From Kurthia senegalensis (lineage in GTDB: Bacteria > Bacteroidota > Bacteroidia > Bacteroidales > UBA932), in NCBI GenBank assembly GCA_963620825.1, contig CAVFAZ010000061.1, forward strand, positions 1 through 46,446: a DNA stretch of 46,446 bases, given 5' to 3'. Both the position numbers and the translations under genes were made by a program. Numbering within the stretch: position 1 is the stretch's first letter; the number at the start of each line of letters is the position of its first letter. The notes beneath the pieces were generated by a model. The model saw nothing but the letters and a program-made list of their open reading frames with translations, was not told the origin of the DNA and did not search any database. Of this stretch, positions 27,968 through 35,230 are shown piece by piece.

Positions 27968-28681
27968 ATGAAAAAGTTCGCTTTTGTCGCCCTTGCGGCG
28001 ATGCTGGCCTTTACAGGCTGTAATCTTGACAGCGCTCTGCTGTATAATCAGATGACTATGGGGCAGGTCAGCGGTTCCAACATTGTCACCGACGAAGGTA
28101 TCACCTATGTCGTGACCGAGAATGAGACAGAGTCGGATTATACCGGACAGGAGAGAATAGTGTTCCGTTTTGACGTCCTTGAAAGGGGGACATCCGAGAA
28201 TACCTACTCCATACGTCTTCTGGACTATGCAACGGTGTTCGTTTCGGATCCGGTGAACAAATCTTCTCAGTCCGAAGAATGGTTCGGGAATGACGGCATC
28301 AATCTCGAATCCGGCTGGTTCAGCGGCGAGTACCTCAATCTCTACCTTACCGTCACTATGCTTCAGGGCTCTAAGACCGAGCATCGCGTGCGACTTATGT
28401 TCGACGATACCGCCGACAATTCCGACACTCTGCATTTCTATCTGAAACACAACGGTTTCGGTGAGACTTATGATTCTGATTCGGCAAACTCCAAGATCGG
28501 CCGTTACTCCACCTATGCTTCTTTCCCTGTCAAGTCCTACATTCCGAGCGGGGCGGACGGCATCAATGTCAAGGTGGAATGGGACTGGTTCAAGATGGAA
28601 GGAAATCAGTACCTGACAGAAAAGGAGCATCACAGCGAGTCCACCTATTACTCTGCAAGCAGCACACGTGCGGATTTTTAG
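27968..28681 (+). CDS. NigD-like lipoprotein
   Basis: FTGC lipobox; N-terminal OB-like part (IVTDEG...GQERI) and C-terminal GNDGINL...WFSGEYLNL...H...LKHNGFGE...ASFPV pattern of NigD proteins. Confidence 0.75.
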   Translation: MKKFAFVALAAMLAFTGCNLDSALLYNQMTMGQVSGSNIVTDEGITYVVTENETESDYTGQERIVFRFDVLERGTSENTYSIRLLDYATVFVSDPVNKSSQSEEWFGNDGINLESGWFSGEYLNLYLTVTMLQGSKTEHRVRLMFDDTADNSDTLHFYLKHNGFGETYDSDSANSKIGRYSTYASFPVKSYIPSGADGINVKVEWDWFKMEGNQYLTEKEHHSESTYYSASSTRADF

Positions 28682-28724
28682 GCAAATTTTGGGTCTGCAC
28701 TCTTGCAGGCTGAAAAAATATTGC

Positions 28725-28732
28725 TACCTTTG
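28725..28732 (+). promoter_or_regulatory. Sigma-A -7 box of tRNA-His
   Basis: TACCTTTG about 30 bp upstream of the tRNA. Confidence 0.7.
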
Positions 28733-28759
28733 CACTCCACACTGAACGGTGTGATACAC

Positions 28760-28833
28760 GGTGCGATTAGTTCAGTTGGTAGAGCACCAGATTGTGGTTC
28801 TGGTTGTCGTGGGTTCGAGCCCCACATCGCACC
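28760..28833 (+). tRNA. tRNA-His (GTG), G-1 encoded, CCA not encoded
   Basis: Acceptor stem GTGCGAT/ATCGCAC with the extra G-1:C73 pair, anticodon arm CCAGA-TT-GTG-GT-TCTGG (anticodon 28794-28796), T loop TTCGAGC. Confidence 0.97.
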
Positions 28834-28841
28834 CCTTGGAT

Positions 28842-28879
28842 ATGCGGTCATCTAGCTTGTCGAGATGACCGCATTTTTT
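28842..28879 (+). terminator. Intrinsic terminator after tRNA-His (also a member of the GCGGTC...AGCTTGTCGA repeat family)
   Basis: ATGCGGTCATCT / AGATGACCGCAT 12-bp stem followed by a T run. Confidence 0.88.
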
Positions 28880-28903
28880 ATGTTCCCAAGGTCATCTGGC
28901 CTG

Positions 28904-28934
28904 CGGGGTGAAAAAGGCCGGGGTTTTCACCCCG
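28904..28934. repeat. REP-like palindrome related to the 16462/16512 copies
   Basis: CGGGGTGAAAA-aggccgggg-TTTTCACCCCG. Confidence 0.8.
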
Positions 28935-28948
28935 AATTTTACGGCCTT

Positions 28949-30247
28949 TTACAGATTGATTCTGAGTCCCGCGGCGAGGCTGAAGTTGAGAGGGTCTTCG
29001 GTGTAGCTGCTTCTGACTTCACCGCTTTCAGGGTTCTCGAAGCGATACCACAGACCCGGCTCCACGAAGATGCCGAAATTGCGGGCGAAATTGTACTGAA
29101 GAGAAGCCGAGGCACCGGCTGACCATTGCAGGCCCTTGACGGACAGGTCATTACGCTCCGTATTTTTCTGGCTGTCCCATACGTAATCCGTCACGACCTT
29201 GCCATAGACGCATTTCTCGACCATACCTCCGGCCGAAACTATGAAGTCCAGCCTGCGGTAGCGGATCAGAGTGTAATTCAGGCTGAGAGGGATACCCAGA
29301 TAGTGCAGAGTCTGCCTCTTCTCTTCATAAGCCTTGGTCCCTCCATAATTGAAGTCGGAACGCAGAAGGCTGTAATTCAGTCCGCTCTCCACGGCGAGCC
29401 TGCCGGCGAGAGGATAAGCGACCCGGACTCCGAATGTAAGCGGCTGATGATGATGGTATTCGCTGGATGTTGTGGAGTTGAGGTTGGCGATGAGGATATC
29501 TCCGATTCTGTCCGAAGAATAAACGTTCCCGTTTTCATCTCCGGCCTCATTGGCGATGCCTCCGTTCGAAGGCTTCAGGGCGGCTACCACCGGAGCGGCA
29601 TCCATCATCCTGCCCATATTGAGCGAAATTCCGGAGGAATTCGCTGCCAGAAGTTTCAGCGAAAGCCTTCCGGCACGGTGGCGGCGGACTGCGTCTTCCT
29701 CGCGGAAGGCGTCCCTGTAGTACTCGTCATCGACAATCCGGCTTCTTTCCGGCTGTATTGATCGATTCCCGGTTTCCTTTTCAGTCCCGACGGCCTTGTT
29801 CTCTTCTTCGGCCTGTCCGGATTCCGTGGTCAGGCTCTGCTCCTGGCCGTCGTCCTGCACATTTTCACATTCGACAGTCCCGTCCACTTGTGCAAGTCTC
29901 AGCCCGCCGGCGACCTGTTTGCGGCCCACGCCGGCAGGTTTTACATATTCTTCCGCCGGCAGAGGCTCTGTGACGGACTCGGCAGCGGTCTGCGTCCCGA
30001 CTGACTCGGAGACGGGGACTTCCGCCAGGACGGGGTCAACTTCCGGAGTCTGTCTGGTCAGAAAGGCTCCGAGACCCGCGAGCAGGACCACTGCCGCGGC
30101 TGCTGCAGCGCTGATGACTTCGAGGCGATGAATGAACGTACGTCCCTTCACCTTGCGCTCGATGCCCTCCCAGAGACCCTCCGGAGCGTCCATCTCGTAT
30201 TTTTCAGCCTTTTCGCGCAGGCTCTGTTTAAAATTCGTATCGTTCAT
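28949..30247 (-). CDS. Probable dual-membrane-spanning anti-sigma factor (N-terminal anti-sigma, TM helix, disordered linker, OM beta-barrel)
   Basis: Short N-terminal domain with PEGLWEGIE, one TM helix, an acidic low-complexity linker and a C-terminal PorT/OMP beta-barrel (ESGLNYS, LHYLGIPL, ending GLRINL). Overlaps the ECF stop. Confidence 0.75.
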   Translation of the reverse strand: MNDTNFKQSLREKAEKYEMDAPEGLWEGIERKVKGRTFIHRLEVISAAAAAAVVLLAGLGAFLTRQTPEVDPVLAEVPVSESVGTQTAAESVTEPLPAEEYVKPAGVGRKQVAGGLRLAQVDGTVECENVQDDGQEQSLTTESGQAEEENKAVGTEKETGNRSIQPERSRIVDDEYYRDAFREEDAVRRHRAGRLSLKLLAANSSGISLNMGRMMDAAPVVAALKPSNGGIANEAGDENGNVYSSDRIGDILIANLNSTTSSEYHHHQPLTFGVRVAYPLAGRLAVESGLNYSLLRSDFNYGGTKAYEEKRQTLHYLGIPLSLNYTLIRYRRLDFIVSAGGMVEKCVYGKVVTDYVWDSQKNTERNDLSVKGLQWSAGASASLQYNFARNFGIFVEPGLWYRFENPESGEVRSSYTEDPLNFSLAAGLRINL

Positions 30248-30822
30248 TTATTTACGTTTTTATAATCGCGTATCATTTTCAGAAGTTTCGCTTTCGCTCT
30301 TGCGAACTGCGAGGAAACTGATTTCGGCCCGATCCCCAGCATCCGTGCTATCTCGTTCTGGCTCAAATTCCCGAAGACGTAGAGGTTGAAAACCGTTCGG
30401 CAGCCTTCCGGGAGCTGGCGTATCATACTCATAATCACCGCCATAGGAACATCGTGCAGACTGTCGTCGCTTTCTTCTTCCTCGGGCAGGTCCCAGTCCC
30501 CGTCGTCCAGCTCGACGTTCCGCTTTCTGGAGCGGCTCCGCAGGAACTGCAGGGCTTCATTCACCACAATCCTCGTCATCCAGGCCCTCAGCGAATTCTC
30601 TCCCCGGTACTCGAACTTCTTCAGGGAAGTCAGTATCTTCGCGAAGCTCTCCTGCAGCACCTCCCTTACGTCTTCGTCGTCCGTGATATAGCGTGAGCAG
30701 ACGGCGGTCAGGTAGCGGATATGCACGTCATACAGGCGCCTCATCGCTGAGGTGTCACCGCCCGAAGCCTTCCGGATAAGTTTTTCCTCGGAAGACCTGT
30801 CTGTCTGAAGCGTATGAATCAT
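30244..30822 (-). CDS. ECF-type sigma-70 factor
   Basis: Region 2 EVLQESFAKI...SLRAWMTRIVVN and region 4 LPEGCRTVFNL...EIARMLGI. Confidence 0.93.
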   Translation of the reverse strand: MIHTLQTDRSSEEKLIRKASGGDTSAMRRLYDVHIRYLTAVCSRYITDDEDVREVLQESFAKILTSLKKFEYRGENSLRAWMTRIVVNEALQFLRSRSRKRNVELDDGDWDLPEEEESDDSLHDVPMAVIMSMIRQLPEGCRTVFNLYVFGNLSQNEIARMLGIGPKSVSSQFARAKAKLLKMIRDYKNVNK

Positions 30823-30953
30823 GCTCCCGTTCCCAACTTTACATTCAATAAATGCAAAATTGCTAAAAATACTGCTCCAAAATTCAACTTTTCGGGCACT
30901 TTTTCTGCATTATTTCGTGAAAAGCCTAAATTTGCAGGACTTGCATTTAAAAT

Positions 30954-32099
30954 ATGAAGAATATACTCATAACAGGAGGCGCGGGCTTCATCGGCAGCCA
31001 CGTCGTACGCCGCTTCGTGAACGAATATCCGGACTGTACGATAGTGAATCTCGACAAGCTTACCTATGCCGGCAACCTCGCGAATCTCAAGGATATAGAG
31101 AATGCTCCGAACTATCGTTTCGAGAGGGCGGACATCTGTGACTACGACAAGGTTCTCGAGATTTTCAGCCGTTACGACATTGACGGAGTCATCCATCTCG
31201 CGGCCGAGAGCCACGTCGATCGCAGCATCAGGGACCCGCTGAGCTTTGCGCGGACCAACGTCCTCGGAACCCTGAGCCTGCTGCAGGCGGCAAAGGAGTA
31301 TTGGACGCGGAGCGGCCGCCTCGGCGGACTCGCTGATGCTGAGGAGAATGCGCAGCGCTGCCGCTTTTACCACATCTCCACCGACGAGGTTTACGGAGCG
31401 CTCGCTCTGACGAATCCCGCCGGGGCCGCAAGCGGCCAATCCGGCTCCGGAGGCGGGCCTTTCGGAGACGAGTTCTTTACGGAGGATACGAAATATCAGC
31501 CGCACAGCCCCTACAGCGCATCGAAGGCGTCTTCGGATCACTTCGTCCGGGCTTTCCACGACACCTACGGGATGCCGACGATAGTGACGAACTGCTCGAA
31601 CAATTACGGCCCGTATCAGTTTCCTGAAAAGCTTATTCCGCTGTTTATCAATAATATATGCGTGAGCAAGAAGCTTCCTGTATATGGTCGCGGAGAGAAT
31701 GTGCGGGACTGGCTCTATGTCGAGGACCACGCTCGTGCGATAGATCTGATTTTCCACAAGGGGCGTGTGGCCGAGACCTATAACATCGGCGGCTTCAACG
31801 AGTGGAAGAATATTGACCTGATCAAGGTTCTTGTCAAGACTGTCGATCGTCTTCTGGACCGTCCGGAAGGCTTCAGCCTGCATCTCATAACCTTTGTCAA
31901 GGACCGCGCGGGGCACGATCTCCGCTATGCCATAGATTCGTCGAAACTGAAAAACGAGCTTGGCTGGGAGCCGAGCCTGCAGTTCGAGGAGGGTATAGAA
32001 AAGACCGTGAGATGGTATCTCGAGAACCGGGAGTGGATGGAGAACGTCACTTCCGGAGAGTATCAGAAGTATTATGAATCAATGTATTCGAATAGATGA
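30954..32099 (+). CDS. rfbB: dTDP-glucose 4,6-dehydratase
   Basis: TGGAGFIGS, DKLTYAGN, AAESHVDRS, STDEVYG, YSASK and NNYGPYQFPEK motifs. TAAATTTG promoter box near 30927. Confidence 0.96.
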   Translation: MKNILITGGAGFIGSHVVRRFVNEYPDCTIVNLDKLTYAGNLANLKDIENAPNYRFERADICDYDKVLEIFSRYDIDGVIHLAAESHVDRSIRDPLSFARTNVLGTLSLLQAAKEYWTRSGRLGGLADAEENAQRCRFYHISTDEVYGALALTNPAGAASGQSGSGGGPFGDEFFTEDTKYQPHSPYSASKASSDHFVRAFHDTYGMPTIVTNCSNNYGPYQFPEKLIPLFINNICVSKKLPVYGRGENVRDWLYVEDHARAIDLIFHKGRVAETYNIGGFNEWKNIDLIKVLVKTVDRLLDRPEGFSLHLITFVKDRAGHDLRYAIDSSKLKNELGWEPSLQFEEGIEKTVRWYLENREWMENVTSGEYQKYYESMYSNR

Positions 32100-32551
32100 A
32101 AAGGATAGTTTTATTGCTAATGTCAGCACTTTTGCTCTGCGGTAATTCCGCCGCCACCGCTGCCGAGCGGTCGCTGAGCTTGTCGAAGTGCAGCGAGGCC
32201 GTTGCGGCCAAATCCGTAAAATTGGACGGCCATACTTATATAACTGCGGCCGGTCAGGAGGAAACCCGCGACGGAATGGTCCTGAACGTGACCATAGACG
32301 GAAACAAGGCCAGCGTGGGAATGTACGATTTCCCGATGCTTACCTTCAAGGGCCTGACATTCGAAGGGGACTTCACCGTGGATTCCGAGGGTAATATTCT
32401 GGATTTCAGCAATGTGCGAATCAAAGGCTTCTCGCCCATAAAGATACTCTCCGTCACCGGGAAAGTCACTCAGACCGGAGCGGACATACATGTGAAGGGC
32501 AAGGCCGCCCTGGTCTTCAACTTCGCGATAAGGTATTGGAGCGGGAATTGA
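32096..32551 (+). CDS. Secreted hypothetical protein, predicted all-beta
   Basis: Signal peptide, overlap with the rfbB stop (ATGA), alternating beta-strand pattern. No family recognised with confidence. Confidence 0.7.
   Translation: MKRIVLLLMSALLLCGNSAATAAERSLSLSKCSEAVAAKSVKLDGHTYITAAGQEETRDGMVLNVTIDGNKASVGMYDFPMLTFKGLTFEGDFTVDSEGNILDFSNVRIKGFSPIKILSVTGKVTQTGADIHVKGKAALVFNFAIRYWSGN
32167..32191. repeat. REP-like element inside the CDS
   Basis: GCGGTCGCTGAGCTTGTCGAAGTGC matches 44463-44487 at 23/25 positions. Confidence 0.75.
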
Positions 32552-32600
32552 ACCGTGACATTGGGCCCGGAACCTGAAACGAGAAAATTTTTCTGAAAAA

Positions 32601-32632
32601 TTTGGTTTATTTCAGAAAAGGGCGTACATTTG
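32601..32632 (+). promoter_or_regulatory. Sigma-A promoter of tRNA-Pro (-33 TTTG / -7 TACATTTG)
   Basis: TTTG at 32601-32604, 20-bp spacer, TACATTTG at 32625-32632. Confidence 0.8.
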
Positions 32633-32656
32633 CAGTCCCGTTCGAGGGAAAATATT

Positions 32657-32730
32657 CGGGGTGTGGCGCAGTTGGCTAGCGCATCTGGTTTGGGACCAGA
32701 GGGTCCAGTGTTCGAGTCACTGTACCCCGA
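32657..32730 (+). tRNA. tRNA-Pro (TGG), CCA not encoded
   Basis: Acceptor CGGGGTG/TACCCCG plus discriminator A, anticodon arm TCTGG-TT-TGG-GA-CCAGA (anticodon 32691-32693), T arm CAGTG-TTCGAGT-CACTG. Confidence 0.97.
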
Positions 32731-32736
32731 CATACG

Positions 32737-32785
32737 AAAAAGAGGGTGTATTCTAAGACTTTTCCAAGGAATACGCCCTCTTTTT
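32737..32785. terminator. Bidirectional terminator between tRNA-Pro and truB; inverted copy at 35161-35204
   Basis: AAAAAGAGGGTGTATTCT...GGAATACGCCCTCTTTTT hairpin with A/T tails on both sides. Confidence 0.88.
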
Positions 32786-33638
32786 AGAATAATTTCATAA
32801 CATCGTCGAGAGTTAGAGCATCTTCGATTGTGCAGCCGGCATTGCGCGTGCGCCGCAGGCTGTAGAGGAAGGCTCCGCTGCCGAGCGCTTCGCCGAGGTC
32901 GCGCGCGAGAGCCCTGATGTATGTGCCCTTGCTGCAATCCACGCGTATCTCCGCGCAAGGCAGATTCTGAGGCACCGTCGCAACGTTTATGCGCGCGGAC
33001 CTCTCGCTGACTTCCTCCTTCGGCTCGCCACTGAGAAAAGACGCATCGTCGTGCCAGGCGAGAAGCTCGAGCGAAGATATATTAATCCATTGACGGGTAA
33101 GCAGCTGCGAAGCGCTGTGATCGAACTCCTCCCCGCTGCGCGCAGCTTCTTTATAAGCCTTGCGGGCGATTTCGTAAGCGCGCACGCCATCGACAGACTT
33201 CGCGGAAAAAAGCGGCGCGACCTGCCACTGCTCGCCGACAAAAGTCGGCAGGATATCTTTCACCGTCTCTTCCCGGACTCCGTCCAATGGAAACCTTCTA
33301 TCGACATCTTTCTCCCTGTCATAAGAGGGAGTCGCGGCGCCGAAGGCTACGCCAGCAATATACTGTTTGTCAGAGTGTTGGAAGTCCTGGGCAAGCTTGG
33401 TGGCCTTGCCTATGCACACCAGAAGAAGGCCAGTTGCGAGCGGATCCAGGGTGCCGGCGTGGCCGACTTTCAGATTCTTTTTATGGAAATGCCGGCAGGC
33501 GGCCCATTTCACCTTGCGGATCACATCGGCCGAAGTCCAGCGGTAAGGCTTGTCCACCGCCAGAACGATACCCTCCGGGTAATCTTCGATATTGTCCGTA
33601 AGGACCTCGCCCCGACGGGCGTAGAGCGGCTGAGACAT
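32784..33638 (-). CDS. truB: tRNA pseudouridine(55) synthase
   Basis: VDKP, KVGHAGTLDPLATG, FSAK...AYEIAR, CSKGTYIRALARDLG and LRRT motifs. Confidence 0.96.
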   Translation of the reverse strand: MSQPLYARRGEVLTDNIEDYPEGIVLAVDKPYRWTSADVIRKVKWAACRHFHKKNLKVGHAGTLDPLATGLLLVCIGKATKLAQDFQHSDKQYIAGVAFGAATPSYDREKDVDRRFPLDGVREETVKDILPTFVGEQWQVAPLFSAKSVDGVRAYEIARKAYKEAARSGEEFDHSASQLLTRQWINISSLELLAWHDDASFLSGEPKEEVSERSARINVATVPQNLPCAEIRVDCSKGTYIRALARDLGEALGSGAFLYSLRRTRNAGCTIEDALTLDDVMKLF

Positions 33639-34069
33639 TACGCTACGGGGATTTTGTCAATGCGTCTTTGGTGGCGTCCGCCTTCGAACGCGGTCGTGAG
33701 GTAAGTGCGGACGATGCTGACGGCCATACGGTAGCTGATGAAGCGGGCCGGCATCACGAGGACGTTCGCATTGTTGTGCTGACGGATGAGCTTCGCGATT
33801 TCGTTGTCCCACGCGAGTCCGGCACGGATCTTCTGATGATGGTTCAGAGTCATCGCCATTCCGTTCCCTGTTCCGCAGAGAGCGATGCCGCAATCCACTT
33901 CGCCGCGCTCCACGGCCTCGGCGAGAGGATGTGCAAAGTCAGGATAATCAACGCTTTCCGTCGAATCAGTTCCGAAATTCACCACCTCGTGTCCCTTGCC
34001 GAGAAGGTAAGAAATGAGCTTGGTCTTGTACTCCACGCCGGCGTGGTCGCTGCAGATTCCGATTTTCAT
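33638..34069 (-). CDS. rpiB: Ribose-5-phosphate isomerase B
   Basis: SDHAG, DYPD, CGTGNG, HNNANVL and FEGGRHQRR motifs. True start MKIGIC at 34069; the ORF-track extension to 34660 is a shadow of the opposite-strand gene. Confidence 0.96.
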   Translation of the reverse strand: MKIGICSDHAGVEYKTKLISYLLGKGHEVVNFGTDSTESVDYPDFAHPLAEAVERGEVDCGIALCGTGNGMAMTLNHHQKIRAGLAWDNEIAKLIRQHNNANVLVMPARFISYRMAVSIVRTYLTTAFEGGRHQRRIDKIPVA

Positions 34070-34094
34070 TTTTCCATTTGTTTTAATGCGAGGG

Positions 34095-34122
34095 CAAAAA
34101 TAGCCATTATTTACTAAATTTG
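34095..34122. promoter_or_regulatory. Back-to-back sigma-A -7 boxes for rpiB and the YgjP-like gene
   Basis: TATTTTTG on minus (34095-34102) and TAAATTTG on plus (34115-34122). Confidence 0.65.
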
Positions 34123-34141
34123 TGGGGATGCTTCGCAGATT

Positions 34142-34702
34142 ATGGAGAAAAAGTACATAGACGAGGTTGTGGGAGAGGTGACCCTGCGCAAGACCGCAAG
34201 GGCCAGGGGCATCGGCATCCGCGTGCATCCGGACGGAAGCACCAGCGTGAGTATGCCTTCGTGGGTGCGATACGATGCCGGTATCCGCGTGCTCGAAGCG
34301 CGAAGGGAGTGGATACTCGCCGCTCGGGAGAAATTCGCAAAGAAAAATACAGGATTGGACGCCCCGGCGTCCAATGTGGATGTGGAGAAGATGCGCTCGC
34401 AGGCTCGGGCGGAGCTGCCCCCGAGGCTGCTGGAACTGGCTCGCCTGCACGGCTTCAAGGTGAACGGCGTGAGGGTGAAGCACAACCGCTCGAACTGGGG
34501 AAGCTGCTCGGCGCGGGGAAATATCAACTTGAATATCAATCTGGTACGGCTTCCTGCAGAGCTTCGGGACTATGTCCTTCTGCACGAGCTCTGCCACCTG
34601 CGGCACATGAATCACGGGAGAGAGTTTCACGCTCTGCTGGAGAGCGTCTGTCCGGGGCATCTGGAGCTGCGGCGGGAACTGAAAAATTGGAGAATCGTAT
34701 AA
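34142..34702 (+). CDS. YgjP-like (DUF45/M48-type) zinc metallopeptidase-family protein
   Basis: WGSCS, INLN, DYVLLHELCH (HExxH) and NHGREF motifs. Confidence 0.9.
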   Translation: MEKKYIDEVVGEVTLRKTARARGIGIRVHPDGSTSVSMPSWVRYDAGIRVLEARREWILAAREKFAKKNTGLDAPASNVDVEKMRSQARAELPPRLLELARLHGFKVNGVRVKHNRSNWGSCSARGNINLNINLVRLPAELRDYVLLHELCHLRHMNHGREFHALLESVCPGHLELRRELKNWRIV

Positions 34703-35157
34703 TGGAGAAAGAAGATCATATCGGAGCCTGCTCTGGGCTTGACGCTGAGGAAGTTATGAAGCTTCACGGGGTGAAGCCGACGGCGGTGCGCACCCTGGTG
34801 TTCAGAGCGATGAAGGAGTTCCACGACACCTTCAGTATGAGCGATCTGGAAGATGCACTTGAGAGCGTCGATAAGTCCTCTATTTTCAGGACATTGACCC
34901 TCTTCGCGGAGCATCATCTGGTGCACGAGATCGAGGACGGAAGCGGCTCGACGAAGTACTGCTTCTGCCCGAACGACCACGAATGCAGCCTCGAGGAACT
35001 GCATTGCCACTTCTACTGCGAGTCCTGCCACAAGACCTTCTGTCTGAGCCACACGCATATCCCTATCGTCCGCTACCCCGAAGGCTTTGAGCTTCAGCGG
35101 ATTGACTACCTTATGAAGGGTCTCTGCCCCGAATGCAGCAAAAAGATGAGGGGATAA
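34702..35157 (+). CDS. Fur-family transcriptional repressor (Cys-rich, possibly Zur-like)
   Basis: Start MEKEDH overlaps the upstream stop (TAATG). VKPTAVR, DKSSIFRTL, HCHFYCESC and GLCPEC motifs. Confidence 0.92.
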   Translation: MEKEDHIGACSGLDAEEVMKLHGVKPTAVRTLVFRAMKEFHDTFSMSDLEDALESVDKSSIFRTLTLFAEHHLVHEIEDGSGSTKYCFCPNDHECSLEELHCHFYCESCHKTFCLSHTHIPIVRYPEGFELQRIDYLMKGLCPECSKKMRG

Positions 35158-35160
35158 CGA

Positions 35161-35204
35161 AAAAAGAGGGCGTATTCCTTGGGAAAGTCTTAGAATACAC
35201 CCTC
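35161..35204. terminator. Hairpin terminator; 43/44 inverted copy of 32742-32785
   Basis: AAAAAGAGGGCGTATTCCTTGGGAAAGTCTTAGAATACACCCTC, between convergent genes. Confidence 0.85.
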
Positions 35205-35230
35205 ATCTCAATTTAAAAGTCTAATAATCT

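Noticed and set aside
31400..31470. Gly-rich, hairpin-containing insertion in RfbB after EVYGAL
   Set aside because: A variable insertion at this position is, to my knowledge, common in Bacteroidales RfbB, and the hairpin matches none of the repeat families seen here.
28760..32730. Genomic island between tRNA-His and tRNA-Pro
   Set aside because: There is no integrase, I found no duplicated tRNA 3' end, and no compositional shift is obvious by eye.
34120..35157. 345-aa ORF suggesting a fusion or frameshift between the peptidase and Fur
   Set aside because: The N-terminal part is an alternative frame of the YgjP-like gene, and the Fur gene has its own ATG at 34702 coupled to the upstream stop.
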